Source of the DNA: Phallusia mammillata
Lineage: Eukaryota
Reading direction: 5' to 3'
Assembly (NCBI GenBank): GCA_965637545.1
Contig: OZ281500.1
Coordinates: forward strand, 6,758,001 to 6,822,000
DNA length: 64,000 nucleotides
Made by a program: the position numbers and the translations under genes. This document shows positions 1 to 29,611 of the stretch, piece by piece. Every line of letters starts with the position of its first letter. Within the stretch, counting starts at the first letter, position 1. Under the pieces are notes generated by a model. It had not been told where the DNA came from, did not search any database, and saw only the letters and a program-made list of their open reading frames with translations.

Positions 1-33
1 ATGAAGCCATAAATGTTTTGGGTGACACACAAC

Positions 34-2342
34 CTGTCTGTGAAGCATGCTTTGCAAGCTTGTGTTGCTCTTCCCATCCATAAGCCGATTTGTCCTGACG
101 ATCTTTTTGGACACCAAATTTGCCGCCATAACCACTTGAATAATCTTGCGTGCAAAACAGAAACAAACATGCTCCATGAAATAAAAACACACAACACATG
201 CAAACAACACAAGTGGCAAGTGCAAAACGTAAACAAGGACCTGTAGTACTTTGAAGCATATATGGAATCACTGTCTGACCTTAAACAAATAAATCACCTT
301 TTTTCATATTGTAATTTCATTGCATTGACTGCATTTAAATATTATGCAAATAAATATTAAAAAATATTCAAAACCTATAAATAAATAAAATCAAAGTCAT
401 AAATCTTCACCCAAACAAAGTAATAAAACTTCAAAAAACTTTTTTGAGAAAACAACCCATTTAAAATGAAAAGACAGGTATCAAACAGCAGACAAAAACC
501 TTTCTGAGACTCATGTTTAGCCAGTGGATCTTGAGATTCATAACCAACTGCTGATTTGTCCTGGCGATCCTTTTGCACACCAAATTTTCCACCAAATCCT
601 TTGCTTGCATCTGTTTGTGACTCATGTTTTGCAAGAGCTTCTTTGTCTTCATAACTTCTTGCAGACTAAAAGTACATTAAGCCAATTTAAAAAAGGAACT
701 TTTGTATGCTTGCGAACATCCAGCATGATCTTACCTTGTCCATTCTGTCTTTTTGAACTCCAAATTTTCCACCAAAGCCCTTGGAAGCATCAGTTTGTGA
801 TTGATGTTTTGCAAGAGCCTCCTTATCTTCATAACTTCTGGCAGACTATAAAAACGTTGATGCATGTTTAGAGTAGGACAAATTTAAACCTTGCAACTCA
901 GAAGCAGCACAAAACATAAATGTTTGTACCTTGTCCATTCTGTCTTTTTGGACACCATACTTTCCACCAAAGCCCTTGGAAGCATCAACTTGTGATGCAT
1001 GGACAGCAAGTTTTTCCTTATGTGAAGCATCTAAAGCACTTTTGTCCATTCTATCTTTCTGAACTCCAAATTTTCCACCATATCTGTTTACAAAATGGTA
1101 TCAATTTAGCCAATGTGTGAATGGTTTGAAATAATGGAAATGTAACAAATATATATTTACCCATATGAAGCTTTGGGCCCTTCATCCAGTTGCTTCTTCT
1201 TAAATTCGGAATCATCTTGCTTCACACCACTTCTTAGTTTATCCACACTGAAAGAATAAATTTAGTCATTACAATATTTCTAATAAGAATTATAATTCTT
1301 GCAATTTTGATCAAATGCCTAACATTCACATATAAAACAATGTCAAATTAAAAAACCTAATGTGTTCCACATGTCCAGAACCTTCTACTGTTTTTGAGCC
1401 CCATCTTTGTTCTTGCTCAGTAACTTCATTCTAAAGAATATTAAACAAAATTATATATCAAATCTAAAACAAATAGGGCAAAACACACAGAATTCAACCA
1501 TATGCCACTTATGGCTTGCAGACAAATTCAAAATAGCATTTTTTAAAAAGACACATAAAATTGTAGACATAATTAGTAATTCGATTCCAGACAGACCTAC
1601 AACAATGGATGCAAATTTTCTCGAATGGAATTCTGGTGTTACAATTCCGTATATTTTTTTACACTAATTTGTGGAAAAAACTTAAATACAACTGTCTCTG
1701 ATGACAAGTGGTGTACAAAACCATTTTGTTAATCACAGGTGGCCTTTTAGCCAAAAGAATGGACATCTCCGATTTTAGATTTATTTTCAAACAGTTGCCT
1801 TAAAATGGCAGGGCACGGCTTAAACATTTTTCAATGTTTGATGGCTAGGAACTTGGAACTTTAGTTGGATGTATTTTTGTATGGTCAATGAACAAAAGCC
1901 ACACAATTGCACCAAACAAAACCTTGTTGAAACAGTACGAAGCACAAAACAGTAGAGGGCACAATTAAATGTGTTGCAGCACAATCGTACTAGAAAGCAT
2001 TACTTGCCGGGAGCACACAAAAATACTCACAGAAAAAAATTAACATTTGGCTTAAATTTATGTTGATAGACAGTTAGAAGCCAAGGTCTTTAGTATTGAA
2101 AAAACCGCATACACTTTGTGGTACATGTTTTCAGCTACTAAAGTAAACTGGTAAAGTTTTATGCGACTATGAGTTAATTGTTAAATATAAGCACAGCGAA
2201 AGATAGGTAAGGGTGGTTGCATTAACAGATATGTAATGTAACATACCACAAAATCTGCATCAGTTTCCCAATCATCGTCATCAGCATCCACATTGGGCCG
2301 CGTAATGTCTTGTGTCGTATTTCCAACAGCTGAACGCCACAT
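34..2342 (-). CDS. CTTN: Cortactin/HS1 family actin-binding protein; N-terminal part, gene continues past position 1
   Basis: GT-AG exons 2247-2342 (MWRSAVG...[12 protein letters not shown], acidic DDW Arp2/3 motif), 1357-1430 ([19 protein letters not shown]), 1161-1247, 930-1083, 735-845, 500-665 and 34-144. They encode five 37-aa repeats of the type [17 protein letters not shown]. Confidence 0.96.
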
Positions 2343-3179
2343 TTTTACAATTCCTTACACTATTTAGAATTTTAAATACAAAATACAATTAAGGACCAAC
2401 AACAGAACTCAGCAAACAGTGTAATTGTTCGACTCCCGGAAGTTTCGATTCAAGAACCTGTTTACAAATGTTGCAGTGCTTCCCATTACAAAATATATTA
2501 CATTTTTTAAATGTTAAAAAAAACAGTCAAGCAACAAGTAAGTATTACAAAATGATAGAAATGTAAAAAAAAGCAAAAAAAAAATATTGACTAAAAAATA
2601 AACAAGGTTTTGATTATAAACTAAAGCAAATGACTAAGATTTTGTTCAAGAAACACTGTTTTATTTTCACTTGTATTCAGTCACCGGTGTAATTTACGAT
2701 TTTTATACTAAAAACAGAACTCCTTATGAAGCAAACCCCACAATGTCGTAATTTTCGCCCCTGCTCGCACAAGGCATGAATTAACTCGTCAGTGTAACTT
2801 AAGGCTTTCGTTACTTAGCATTTACCCTACATTTTGCTTCACTGCACTTCAATTTAGCATTTGGAATCTCAAGGACTTCTTTACCACCAGAGAAGGATTA
2901 AGTCATGTAAAGACCCAAAGCGCCTAAAAGTCAATTCAATCAGAATACCCTATATACCACAGCGAAATCCCTGTGCGCTTCATGACATGTAAGGTAAAGA
3001 AAGATCCAAACTCCTGGCTGAAATGTATTATTACATATTTTACCTAATAAAATTCAATCGTGTACAGCTTGTAGCCTGCAGCTTTTATTTATTAAAGGAA
3101 ATTAACTTGCTATGTGTTATGATTTGCTAAAGGTTGCTATTTGCGGGCCACGTGCTGTGGTCCCGATTCTATGGTAGAG

Positions 3180-3739
3180 ATGAGTGGTAAGGGTAACGAA
3201 AAAGGGAAGTCACATCGACCCGCACAAGGAATGGATTTTTTCATTGAACTGGTAACAAGGTCATTACAAAGCTTTTTTAAATTAAATGCAGAACAAAAAT
3301 AAATTGAGAAACATGCAGAGAATGCAGCGAAACTTTAACTTCGCGAGAAAGCCAAAGAAGTTGTCAAAAACTCGGATAAGGTAAGTCGCAGTGTCGTACC
3401 AAACGTTTTTCGGTCATTGTAAAACATTCATAGAGACAATTTACGCATAATTAAACCAGGTACGATTAACATTCAGATAATAACTGCGATATATTGCAGC
3501 AAAACAGTAGTTTTTTTTTATAAATTATGCTGTACCCTTGACGCATTAAAGGCAAAATTGTGTTTTACTTTGGCAAATAATTGACTGTGAGTAAAACGTG
3601 ATTGCTTTCAGCTAAATCATTGTGTTTTGTTTCTAGCATTCGAATTCTTACTTCAATTTGCTACCTGATGGCAATTTTTGCACCTACACTTATACTGCTT
3701 GTTTATTATTCTTGGTTTTGGCCAACCAATAATAATTAG
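3180..3739 (+). CDS. InaF-motif (TRP-interacting helix) single-pass microprotein, about 87 aa, 3 exons; absent from the ORF track
   Basis: Exons 3180-3251, 3292-3380 (in-frame alternative acceptor 3319) and 3637-3739 join in frame through GT-AG introns. The C-terminus RISIRILTSICYLMAIFAPTLILLVYYSWFWPTNNN* resembles the InaF/INAFM helix (R-x2-T-x3-Y...L-x-VYY-x3-W). An upstream in-frame ATG lies at 3171. Confidence 0.7.
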
Positions 3740-4728
3740 ACGCATTGATTGGCAATCAGTTGATCGATCGATTTTGCATCTTCGACGTATTTGTTTTGCC
3801 ACAATACATTTAACCAATTCACTCAGTTTTCTACAGTTTGTTATTATACAAGGGAGAAAAAAATCAGTGTTAAATCACCATCAACTAATACATTTTTCTG
3901 TTTTCAGTAAAATAGCATAGCGGAGTTGCAATATATGCGATTTGACAGGTTAGTCTTAAATATACCAATTTAACAAGCAATTTGTGACGGCAGGATACAG
4001 ATTCTCCAATATAGTAAATATGCAGTATCTTTGTACAGGCCGCGGACCACAAACGACCCTTTGTTTGGTTCTGTCCATTCCGTAACCTAATTGGGTATAA
4101 CCGAAAAAAATGATTACATACATGATGCATGGACTCAAGCTTTTACCTTAAACAAGCAGGGATTTTGCCCTTAAACAAGCAACGCAAAAAGATAAGCGGC
4201 TATGGCACAAAAGATGAGGCAACTCATGTATTACATTTCATACGCATTATGATGAAAACAGAGCTGGTGTTCGTAGATTATTGCGCCATACAGTTGAACT
4301 ATAGCACAGTGTTACCAATGTGGTGATTTTCCCGCCAATTGTGCTGGTTATGAGTTATGACATTCAGTTGCGGGTTGATGTCACTGCTCACTAATTGCTT
4401 TTTTTGCGCGGGCTTTATTTATATACATGCGTCGGAGGCTTAAGGCGATTGTGCACGCAAAAATCAAGCAAATAAGATCAAATAAAAGTTTTGTAAATAA
4501 ATGCCCTGTTTTCATAGATAGTCTTAACGAAAACTCTTGCCATCTCTTAAAAGAATGCGTTTCAGTGATTGTTTTTGAAAATAAATGCTATTAATATGAC
4601 GCAAAGTTAAGCCTTTTGACCCGACCCTCCATTTTCTGCTTCTCATGTGGCCGAATCAAAAAAAATTCCCAACCAGGTGTAGCTTGTTGCCCGAACAGCG
4701 GAAACAAAAGGTAACGCAGTGCAAGATT

Positions 4729-7700
4729 TTATTCATTTGCTTCGTTAGCATCTGTGTTGGAAACAATGTGCTTTGCTCGTTCAGCAACGTGAGGCACAGC
4801 GCCAGGTTTGCTATGTGTTCGCAGATTCTGAGTCCTGAAATGAACGAGAAAATATTTTTTTTATCTATTTGTTAACTACGCCAGTATACGGCCGCAGAAG
4901 ATCGAAGCAAATAAAATTGGGTCGAATTACAGAATATGGTTATAATTTTTAAATCCATTTATTTGCGCTGCATTATTATACAATACAACTTGTATTTCAG
5001 CGGTCACCAAATTTCAATGGTGAGAAATTTGGACTTTACATAAACTACAATTCGATGTACTTACTTCTTCCTTTGTGCTTCTTTCATCGTACGTTTTTCC
5101 TTCAACGTGTTGTATATTGACTTCGGAACGTGTCTAAAACGAATACCAGTAGAGTTTTATTGCGCGAACCATTAAAACTGTGTGCACTGGCAATCGTAGA
5201 CATTGACTGCTGCATAACGTTCGGAACCCACACAAAGAGTTAGGCACAAACTTGTCATTACTGAGCTATGAGCAAGAGTGCTATGGAATTTTTACATGAT
5301 CATTTGGAACGATCTTTCAAGTAAAAAAACATACGTTTTATACAGTCAGACTGAAATTTACTGGTTATGAAGTTAAGGTACAATTAAACTAGAAGGGTGG
5401 CTTAGCACATTTTGTTGTTGCATTTACACTATAACCTATTTTAAAACATTAATATATTTCCTATGCTTATTTTGTATTGGGTCACATATTAGCCATCGTC
5501 ATTTATAACCTTAGTCGTTTCTGCAGGCAAAAACTCATGGGTCCCCACACATGCAAAGTTGAAAATAATGCAATTCAAGAGATAACCATGAGAAAGTCGG
5601 GTGTTGTAAGGTAAAACACAGTGATCGGCACCGGGCTTAAATAATAATACTATGTAGAATACAAACTATAAAATTAGATTCACCCCAGATATTGTTTTGA
5701 AGTATGTCCTATACAACTGGTTGCCCTTGTAACACTATTGCGCCAAAGAAATCTTTCGTTTGTGGTGCCCAGTAACATACAAATACGTTTTACACTTTAG
5801 GGGCTTGTGGGGTAAATGTTAGGACTACAGGGTTGAACACAACAATCGACACCTATAAATGGCATACTATACAGGAAATCCAAATTTCAGCCAATCCTGA
5901 CACTGTTTCAAAATGCACCCATTTTAGGGGGCTAGCGGGGTAATTACTAGGGTTATCAACAAAAACAAAGTGGGATGCACATCTACATGAATATATCTAC
6001 CATCTGTGTAAATTTCAGCCAAATCCATCAAACATTTGATGGAAAAACAAGTCGGACAAACTTTGGGTAAAAACACCCATTTTAGGGGGCTAGCAGGGTA
6101 AATACTGGGGTTATCAACAAAAACAAAGTGGGATGCACATCTACATAACTATAACTATATCTACCATCTGTGTAAATTTCATCCAAATCCATCAAACATT
6201 TGATTGAAAAACGAGTCGGACAAACTTCTGGGGAAAAATACCCATTTTAGGGGGCTAGCGGGGTAAATACTGGGGTTATTAACAAAAACAAAGTGGGATG
6301 CACATCTACATAAGTATATCTACCATCTGTGTAAATTTCAGCCAAATCCATCAAACATTTGATGGAAAAACGAGTCGGACAAACTTTGGGAAGAAAAAAA
6401 AAGAAAGAAAAAAAAGAAAAAACAAACAAACAATTTGAGTAAAATCAATATGTGTCCCCTTTCAGGGAAGGGGACCCATAATTAATTATATGCTTCAAGA
6501 TTCCCTCCATGATTATCGTATCAGTTTACATTCTTTCACATACATACTGGATAATAATCGTAAAAGTTTTTTTAGGGTTTTAAAGGGAGTTATCGCTCAC
6601 CTGTGTCTTGAAATTCGTTTTATTTGAGGATGGTATGCAAACTTTTCACGCAATTTTAGGTTGTAACGAGCGGCAGTTTGTTCTCTTGGGGTTAACTGCA
6701 ATGGAAAAATAACCAAACTCCTGTGCCCTGATGTTACTGTTTTTACCAGTGATAAAGTAGGGCACTAAAGCGTGCTTAGTACTTACTGTGCCCAGTTTTT
6801 CTGAAGCCCTTGCCTTCCATATTCGAACATTGGTTTCATCAGAGCCTGACAAAAGATATCTGAACAAACAAAAGTCAAAACATTTAGTCAAAAAACAATC
6901 GGGACAATTGTCAAACTAGATCGATCAACTGCACCTATTATCGGAAGACCACTTTACACAAAATACTCTTTGCATTCTCTTTGTGTGGTACACATCACGA
7001 CTTCTACTTCTGTTGCTAGGGAATATTCGGATTGACCTTAAAGAATGATCATGCAAGATTTCTTAAAGACAATTTTTTTAATTGACTTAGTAGCAATTTT
7101 AACCTGTCATAACTCCCAGAAACAAATTCCTTTCCAGTGGGAGCATAATCTACATCAAGCACTGCATCAGCATGATCGGTGTGAACATTCATTGCAAAGT
7201 TAAGATTCCGCATGTCAAACGTGTACAAACTGCACAGAACATTGTTATATTGACCACAGAAAAAGTGTTGTACAGTAAATGGGTATTCAAGTTTTAACTT
7301 ACTTGTGGTCTTCATTTGCAGCAGTGAAAACAAATGCCTCCATTGGATTCCACGCAACAACATTACTTTTCATTTTTAATACCACTTTGTTTAGGGGAAC
7401 AGCTGCTCTTATATCGTACAGCACTATACTCCTTAAAAGTGAAAAAAAAATCGCTTGATAGTCCATAATGCATAACATATGAATATAATTTTGTGCAAAA
7501 AGGCAGTCTTTTAGCCATACATCATATACCTGTCAGAAATAGTGCTAATGCATAGGTTTGCTTCTACAGGGTTAAATCTGACACTGTTTACAGAGTCTGT
7601 GCCCCATCTGTAACTGCGAACAGGTTCTGATCTTTCATCATTCCATATATCCACTGTCTGTCCACAGGTGGCAAATGTTGCTTCACTCCAGTGGTGATCA

Positions 7701-9416
7701 ACACCAGTGTAAAGGGACTAAGTAACACAACAGACAATCATAAAAAATACTTTTTTGAAATATAACTTGATATTGGCAAAGAAACAAAGTACATGGACTT
7801 CACTGGAAAAAAAAAGAGAGTGAAATCAAGATGCGTCCCCTTCGGGGATTATTGCAGAATAAAAAAATTGTACACTCTTGTAATATTTTAAGAAGAAAAA
7901 ATCTCTTATCGGTCAAATGTTTTAATTAAACATTGAAAAATGTCAATAAGCAAAAAATGGGCACATTTTTACAAACTAAAATTGCGTACTTTGCATCTGG
8001 TAAACTAACAAACCTTTGCAACAATAGTGTTGATTGGTTTGTCTCTATCTTCACTTAAAGCATCAGTTGTCCAATATTTAATTGTTTTGTCATCACCCAC
8101 TGACACAACAACCCTGCCATCATGTGAACAACTAAGACCTCTCACAAATCCTGTGTGGGCTTGTACAGCTCGGATACAGTGGCGATTGGTTAAATTCCAT
8201 TGCCTCAACTAAATACAAAGCATTGATAAAGTAGGGTTCCTCTATTTCTCAACTTTTTCATTTCTCGAGAAACAATAAAAATTCGAGATTCTCGAGAATC
8301 TCGAAATATTTATTTAGGCCGATTTTCTAACAAAAACAAACAAAAAAATTCCAATTGAATTCGCTTCCCAGTAGCGATCGTGAGTAGTAATTCGCTGGCA
8401 AACCAGTAAAAAACAAACCGACTGTATAGATCTAAAGCAACCAAGCGCAACTACTGCCTGGGAAAGGTGAAAGTTTAGTGGCAATGCACGTTAAAGATTG
8501 CTGTTTCGGGAGCAAAATAAGAAAGTAATGTGTCCAGTGCGCTCTTGGGGCGAGTTGAAACAAAAAATACACATAATAAGAGGTGTCACATTTACTTTTT
8601 GTTTAAGGTATGTGACATAATTTTTCTCGAGAATTTTTTAGTTATTTCTCGAAAATCGAGACCCAATTTTTTAGAGATTTCTCGACGAGAATTTCTCGAG
8701 AAGGAACTCTAGTTTAAAGCAATGTAAACACTGCTTTTTTCACAGGGTCAAGATTTTGACTTTTTCACACAAGTTTACATGCTTAAGTTTAAATATTCAT
8801 AATAGAACGACAGTACTAAAACAATAGCTCTGAGACATACCATAAAAGAAAAGTATAATAGAACATCATTACTACAACAAAAGCTATGAGATATACCTCG
8901 CCATCACATGATCCAGAAAATAAAGAATTTAGCTTTTGTTTTGATTTGCACATACAACATACTCCATCTCTGTGACCATCTAAGGATGCAATAAATGGTT
9001 TCGCAAAAACTCTGTCTAGTTTGACTGCATTCAAGGCACGAGTATATTCTCTTGGTGCTTCAAATGGATGAAGGGCTGGATCGTAATTTCTAAAAACTGA
9101 AAAAAATATTATGCATCTTGATGTACATGTATTCATAACAGGCATCAGCCATTGAGTGTTCATGCCGACAAGCGATCATGACACTCTCATGCAATAGACC
9201 TGGCGTACTATAATTATGCATCTTGTTTACAAAGAGTTTACTCTGTTAATACAAAAGTTGTAAAGACGGCACTAACGCAAAGCATGGGACCAATTTTCAT
9301 GAATTATAATTCTAAGAAATGACATTGACTTATTAAACACAAATACCTCTGTGAATGTCCCTCTTTGTTTCACGTACATAGTCATCAGGGTTTCTGGACA
9401 AAACTTTCACCTTCAT
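4729..9416 (-). CDS. DCAF13: DDB1/CUL4-associated factor 13 (Sof1/WDSOF1), WD40 18S rRNA processing factor
   Basis: Starts MKVKVLSRNPDDYVRETKRDIHR (9416-9347), then VFRNYDPALHPFEAPREYTRALNAVKLDRVFAKPF, WD40 exons, SGSDETNVRIWKARASEKLG, RHVPKSIYNTLKEKR. The last exon, 4729-4834, ends HSKPGAVPHVAERAKHIV...*. Confidence 0.97.
5510..6482. mobile_element. Non-autonomous Helentron/HINE-like element with an internal ~160-bp tandem repeat core, in a DCAF13 intron
   Basis: Three near-identical units start at 5918, 6076 and 6241, with a degenerate unit at ~5790. An A-rich microsatellite spans 6390-6432, a terminal hairpin TCCCCTT-N6-AAGGGGA lies at 6455-6474, and ATGGGTCCCC (5537) / GGGGACCCAT (6470) form a 10-bp inverted pair. 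The left boundary is approximate. Confidence 0.6.
5918..6390. repeat. Tandem repeat, 3 copies of ~160 bp
   Basis: CCCATTTTAGGGGGCTAGC...AACAAAAACAAAGTGGGATGCACATCTAC...CCATCAAACATTTGAT...GTCGGACAAACTT recurs with 158- and 165-nt spacing. Confidence 0.95.
8232..8711. mobile_element. hAT-like MITE in a DCAF13 intron
   Basis: TIRs TAGGGTTCCT / AGGAACTCTA, dense subterminal TCTCGAGA-type palindromes at both ends, and a partial 8-bp TSD (TGATAAAG / GTTTAAAG). Confidence 0.7.
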
Positions 9417-9822
9417 ATTTACTGTTTGTGAAGTATTCCGGTACCTGATTCTTAACCAAACAAGACAATGCGGCAAAAAATACGCACGTGCATTCACTGT
9501 AAACACATATGTCACGGTTCGGTGACTCTTGTCGGAAAATAGGAAACCGACGCATATTAGACGGAAAGAATAGAGTCAACTAAACTAAAGGGCCAACCAA
9601 AAGACAGCAGAAACACAGGTGTAGGAGCATATGTGGTTTGATTATATCTGATTCCAGTTAAAGCTTCCTAGTCAAACGTTTAATTATGTCGAAAATGTAC
9701 TCTTTGTAGTCTCATTTCTCAACCTTTTACCGCATTTCCGTAGTTCCTTTTCAGAAACATCCAGTTTTCCTGTATTTGTTGTATTCACAATCAGTCTGCT
9801 TCGCTGTGCATTGAAACAAATA

Positions 9823-10878
9823 ATGTTTTCAAGAGGAATTGTCTTCAGAAATGCAAATTGCGGGTCTATCAATCGCTTTGGTCTGTTCCTAGCTGCAAGT
9901 ACCAACACAACGCTTGCTAAGTTTGTTCCTATAAACGGCAGAGCACAATACAAAAATAATATTTTGACTTGGAAGTCTCCAACCCTTGTTTCGAAACAGA
10001 CCGTTTTTAAAACACCACAACAGTATGACCATCAACGTTTCGGAAAGCTTTTATACGTCGGAAAAGATAGTCTCAAGCTGCAGCGTGAGCATTAATTTTC
10101 TAAGTCAAAAGTAAAAATGATTTATCCATTTTGTTGTAACTGTTTTATTAACAGGATTACTGGGAGTTTTTTATTCCATGAGTTTTGGAATGGGAGTCAT
10201 GTCACTATATATGCTATCCACTTTGGCAGACTCAACACTAACTGTAAGGACCATACTTTTGAGTCAACCACAGTTTAAACTCATTGTTTACTTTTAGGTT
10301 GTTGTGTTTGGAGCAAATGTTTTTATGTTTGCGGTTGCAAATCCGTATGGACTTTACCAATTTGGTAAGCGATATGTCAGTAAGCTGTATCACAATGCCA
10401 AGACGGATATGTACACTGTTGAATTATTATCACCATTCGTTGTATCAAACAGAAAGTATGTTTTGCTATTTGATTTTGTTTGTACTTATTTTGTAATGTA
10501 CTTGTTTGTACTGTACAGGATACAGTATTCACCCAAGGACTGCACCATGCCTAAGGGGCCAACTATGTTTACCTCATATTATGTAAAAAAGCATCCACTA
10601 TTTGTAAATTCAGATCTTATGAATTACAAAGACTACAGCGAGATGTTAAGGTATAAAACTTAAAATGGGGTATTTCATATTTACAAATTTTTTATGCGAT
10701 ACTTGTTTTTACAGTATGAATATGTGATGTTTTTCTCAAGATAGTCACAAAATTATTTCATTGCAGATATGCGGGTGACTTAGACTATGAAAATCCTGAC
10801 CGGCAACAACAGTACGATGACGTGGTTTCTGATGCTATAAAAAAGAAACAATCCAAATCTGATAGTGATACAACATAA
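9823..10878 (+). CDS. TMEM70: Transmembrane protein 70, mitochondrial ATP synthase assembly factor
   Basis: Exons 9823-10084, 10155-10243, 10298-10455, 10519-10650 and 10767-10878. Basic presequence-like N-terminus, GKLLYVG, two hydrophobic segments, KRYVSKLYHNAKTDMY and FTSYYVKKHPLFVN match TMEM70 motifs. The start codon is inferred. Confidence 0.85.
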
Positions 10879-11366
10879 CATTAACCAAACTGTTAAAAAT
10901 TATGTTGTGCTGTAAACGTTTTGCTTTGTCACGGTCAAATACAACTTTTTTCTGTTCCACTTAATATGTTGAATCCCCCCAAAAAACTGCTATGAACATC
11001 CTGTCTGACATCTTATAACATACACCAAACAATTGTTTATTAACAAGTGGAATTTATTACAGTTGCCACACTGTGTGGTCAATTTAGTTGGATCAGGAAG
11101 TTATGATCCTGTTCAGGCAAGGTAAAAGAAAGAAAAATGCTAAGGAATAAATAAAATCCTGGTTGGCCTTTGGGTACAATTCTCCTACATGCAAGTTGCC
11201 TTACGTATGTAAAAAGCGAAGCACAGCAAATGAACATGTAAAAAATCATTAAATAATTTTACTAAATGACAGATTTCAACGTGCAGTGGTTGTTTTTGAA
11301 TTTACAATAAAACATTATATGTACACCAGTATGACTGGCCTATGATTGCCACAAAGTTTTATTCAA

Positions 11367-13097
<1,731 letters not shown>

Positions 13098-13679
13098 TTA
13101 GCAATAAAACTTATAAAATAGAAAGTGGGATATTGGGCAAGCTTGTTTAGTCCCAAAACTGTAATGAATGAAATAATATATTGAATGTTTATAATATTTA
13201 ACTCTTAAAAACTTTTACTTTAAATAGTGTTTTTTCCTGTAACTTATTTATCAACAGAAAATTAAGTTATTCTTCATTAACACCTGAAAACTTCCCAAAA
13301 ATGCTAGAAAGTAACACGACTTACAGTTTTCAGGTTTTATGGCATAAGTCCTCCATCTGTGTGACCCGGTGGCGTTGTCCCAGGTCCTTCAGATGAAAGA
13401 TGACTATTTTACGTTATCCAGATCTGATCCTTGAGGAAGCCCACCAGCCAACGCCCTTTCCACAGTTTGTTGGTTGATAAGCTTCGCTGTCAAAAACCTG
13501 GAACGATGTTCATGTAGCACAGATCGTCTTTCAACAAAGACCTGTGACCAAACTGACATCACCATGTTCTCGATTTTCAACGAGAGACAGATATTGTTCC
13601 AGGTTCCAACCAGATCGTGGCATAAAATGAAACAAAACTATTGAAACACCAAACCGCTCAGCTAGAGCAAACTGCTTCG

Positions 13680-13800
13680 TTACGCAACCGTCCAGTAATG
13701 GCGGATTCTTTGTCCAATAACGCGTGTTACCAGACATCACGTGACCCATTGGGCTAGCGTCATTGCACAAGCGGAAGTGACGCAAATGAATAGGTGTGGG
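13680..13800. promoter_or_regulatory. Likely shared promoter between divergent DDX5 and ATR
   Basis: Cluster of ATGGCGG (YY1-like), CCAAT, CACGTG, CGGAAGTG (ETS) and TGACGCA motifs between two head-to-head genes. Motif-level evidence only. Confidence 0.4.
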
Positions 13801-14302
13801 GAGAAAAAGTAGTAAACACAAAGAAACCATTTAAATAATTTTTCCTACCGGTTTATAACACGGCAATACAACTTTGAAGGAATTAATTTGAAATATTAAG
13901 TAACGAATTCAAACCGAAATGGGTCATTTGGCATACAAAACGACCTGGATATTTTTTTCTGTAATGTCTTGCATTGACTTACCGTTTCATAAAGTTCCTC
14001 TTTCTTATTATTTATTACATAAAAATACTACGGTAGGAATATTTAAATTTCGAGAACAGCATTCGAAGGTAAAAAAAATAAACTGCCAAAAAACATTTAC
14101 ATGGCAGGTAGGGTACCCAAACGGCGGGTAATTCCCCTAGTACCGCGGGATTTTTATTTGTTTTGAAGTAATTTTGTCAATATTGTAAGGCTTTGTTATT
14201 ATCATGTATGATGCTCTTTTGTAGATGGCTAAGTCTAATTTAAGAATATTGTACACAATTTGACTCTTTTGTGAGGCTTGTTGATACAACATAATCCTTG
14301 CA

Positions 14303-29114
<14,812 letters not shown>

Positions 29115-29611
29115 TATTACTGGTTTTGCAAACATATGCAAGTATTTTTGCCACTGCCTTCGCAACATCGTTTGCATTTTTCATTTGGGTGCGGCCGTTT
29201 TTGTTGTTGAGCATTCTTTCTGCCATATTTTCTTTTCACACTTAATAAACACCACACAATGTTGACCGTTTGTTTTCATTAGATACCCGTGTTGGTCATT
29301 GTATTAATTACCGATTTGAATTAGGCTACGTAGCATATCGGTGTACATTGTAATAACTGCCTTCCGGCAATGGCGTTACGATAACGACGTGGCCTTTAAC
29401 GTTGTTTTAACGCGTGACTAACCATGCATGCAAGCTGATGGCCAGGGTACTACAGCAGAATATTATGATATTTCTTTGTTGCAAATAAGGGCTATTGATA
29501 ATTGTTCGCAGTTAGACTCAGAAAAACCTTGTAAAATGACTGTTTATTGCATGAAAATGAGTTTTCTTGCAACGTAGTTTTCTTTTGACGACATCAAGCG
29601 GCAGAAATGCA

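Noticed and set aside
5200-5340. Two small hairpins and an ACA in a DCAF13 intron as an H/ACA snoRNA
   Set aside because: No ANANNA box and no proper pocket geometry.
9130-9260. Hairpin GAGTGTCATG/CATGAACACTC in DCAF13 intron 1 as a snoRNA or miRNA
   Set aside because: No correctly placed H/ACA or C/D boxes, and the stem is too short and bulged for a confident pre-miRNA.
13531-13830. 99-aa minus-strand ORF upstream of DDX5
   Set aside because: It overlaps the promoter motif cluster and has no recognisable features.
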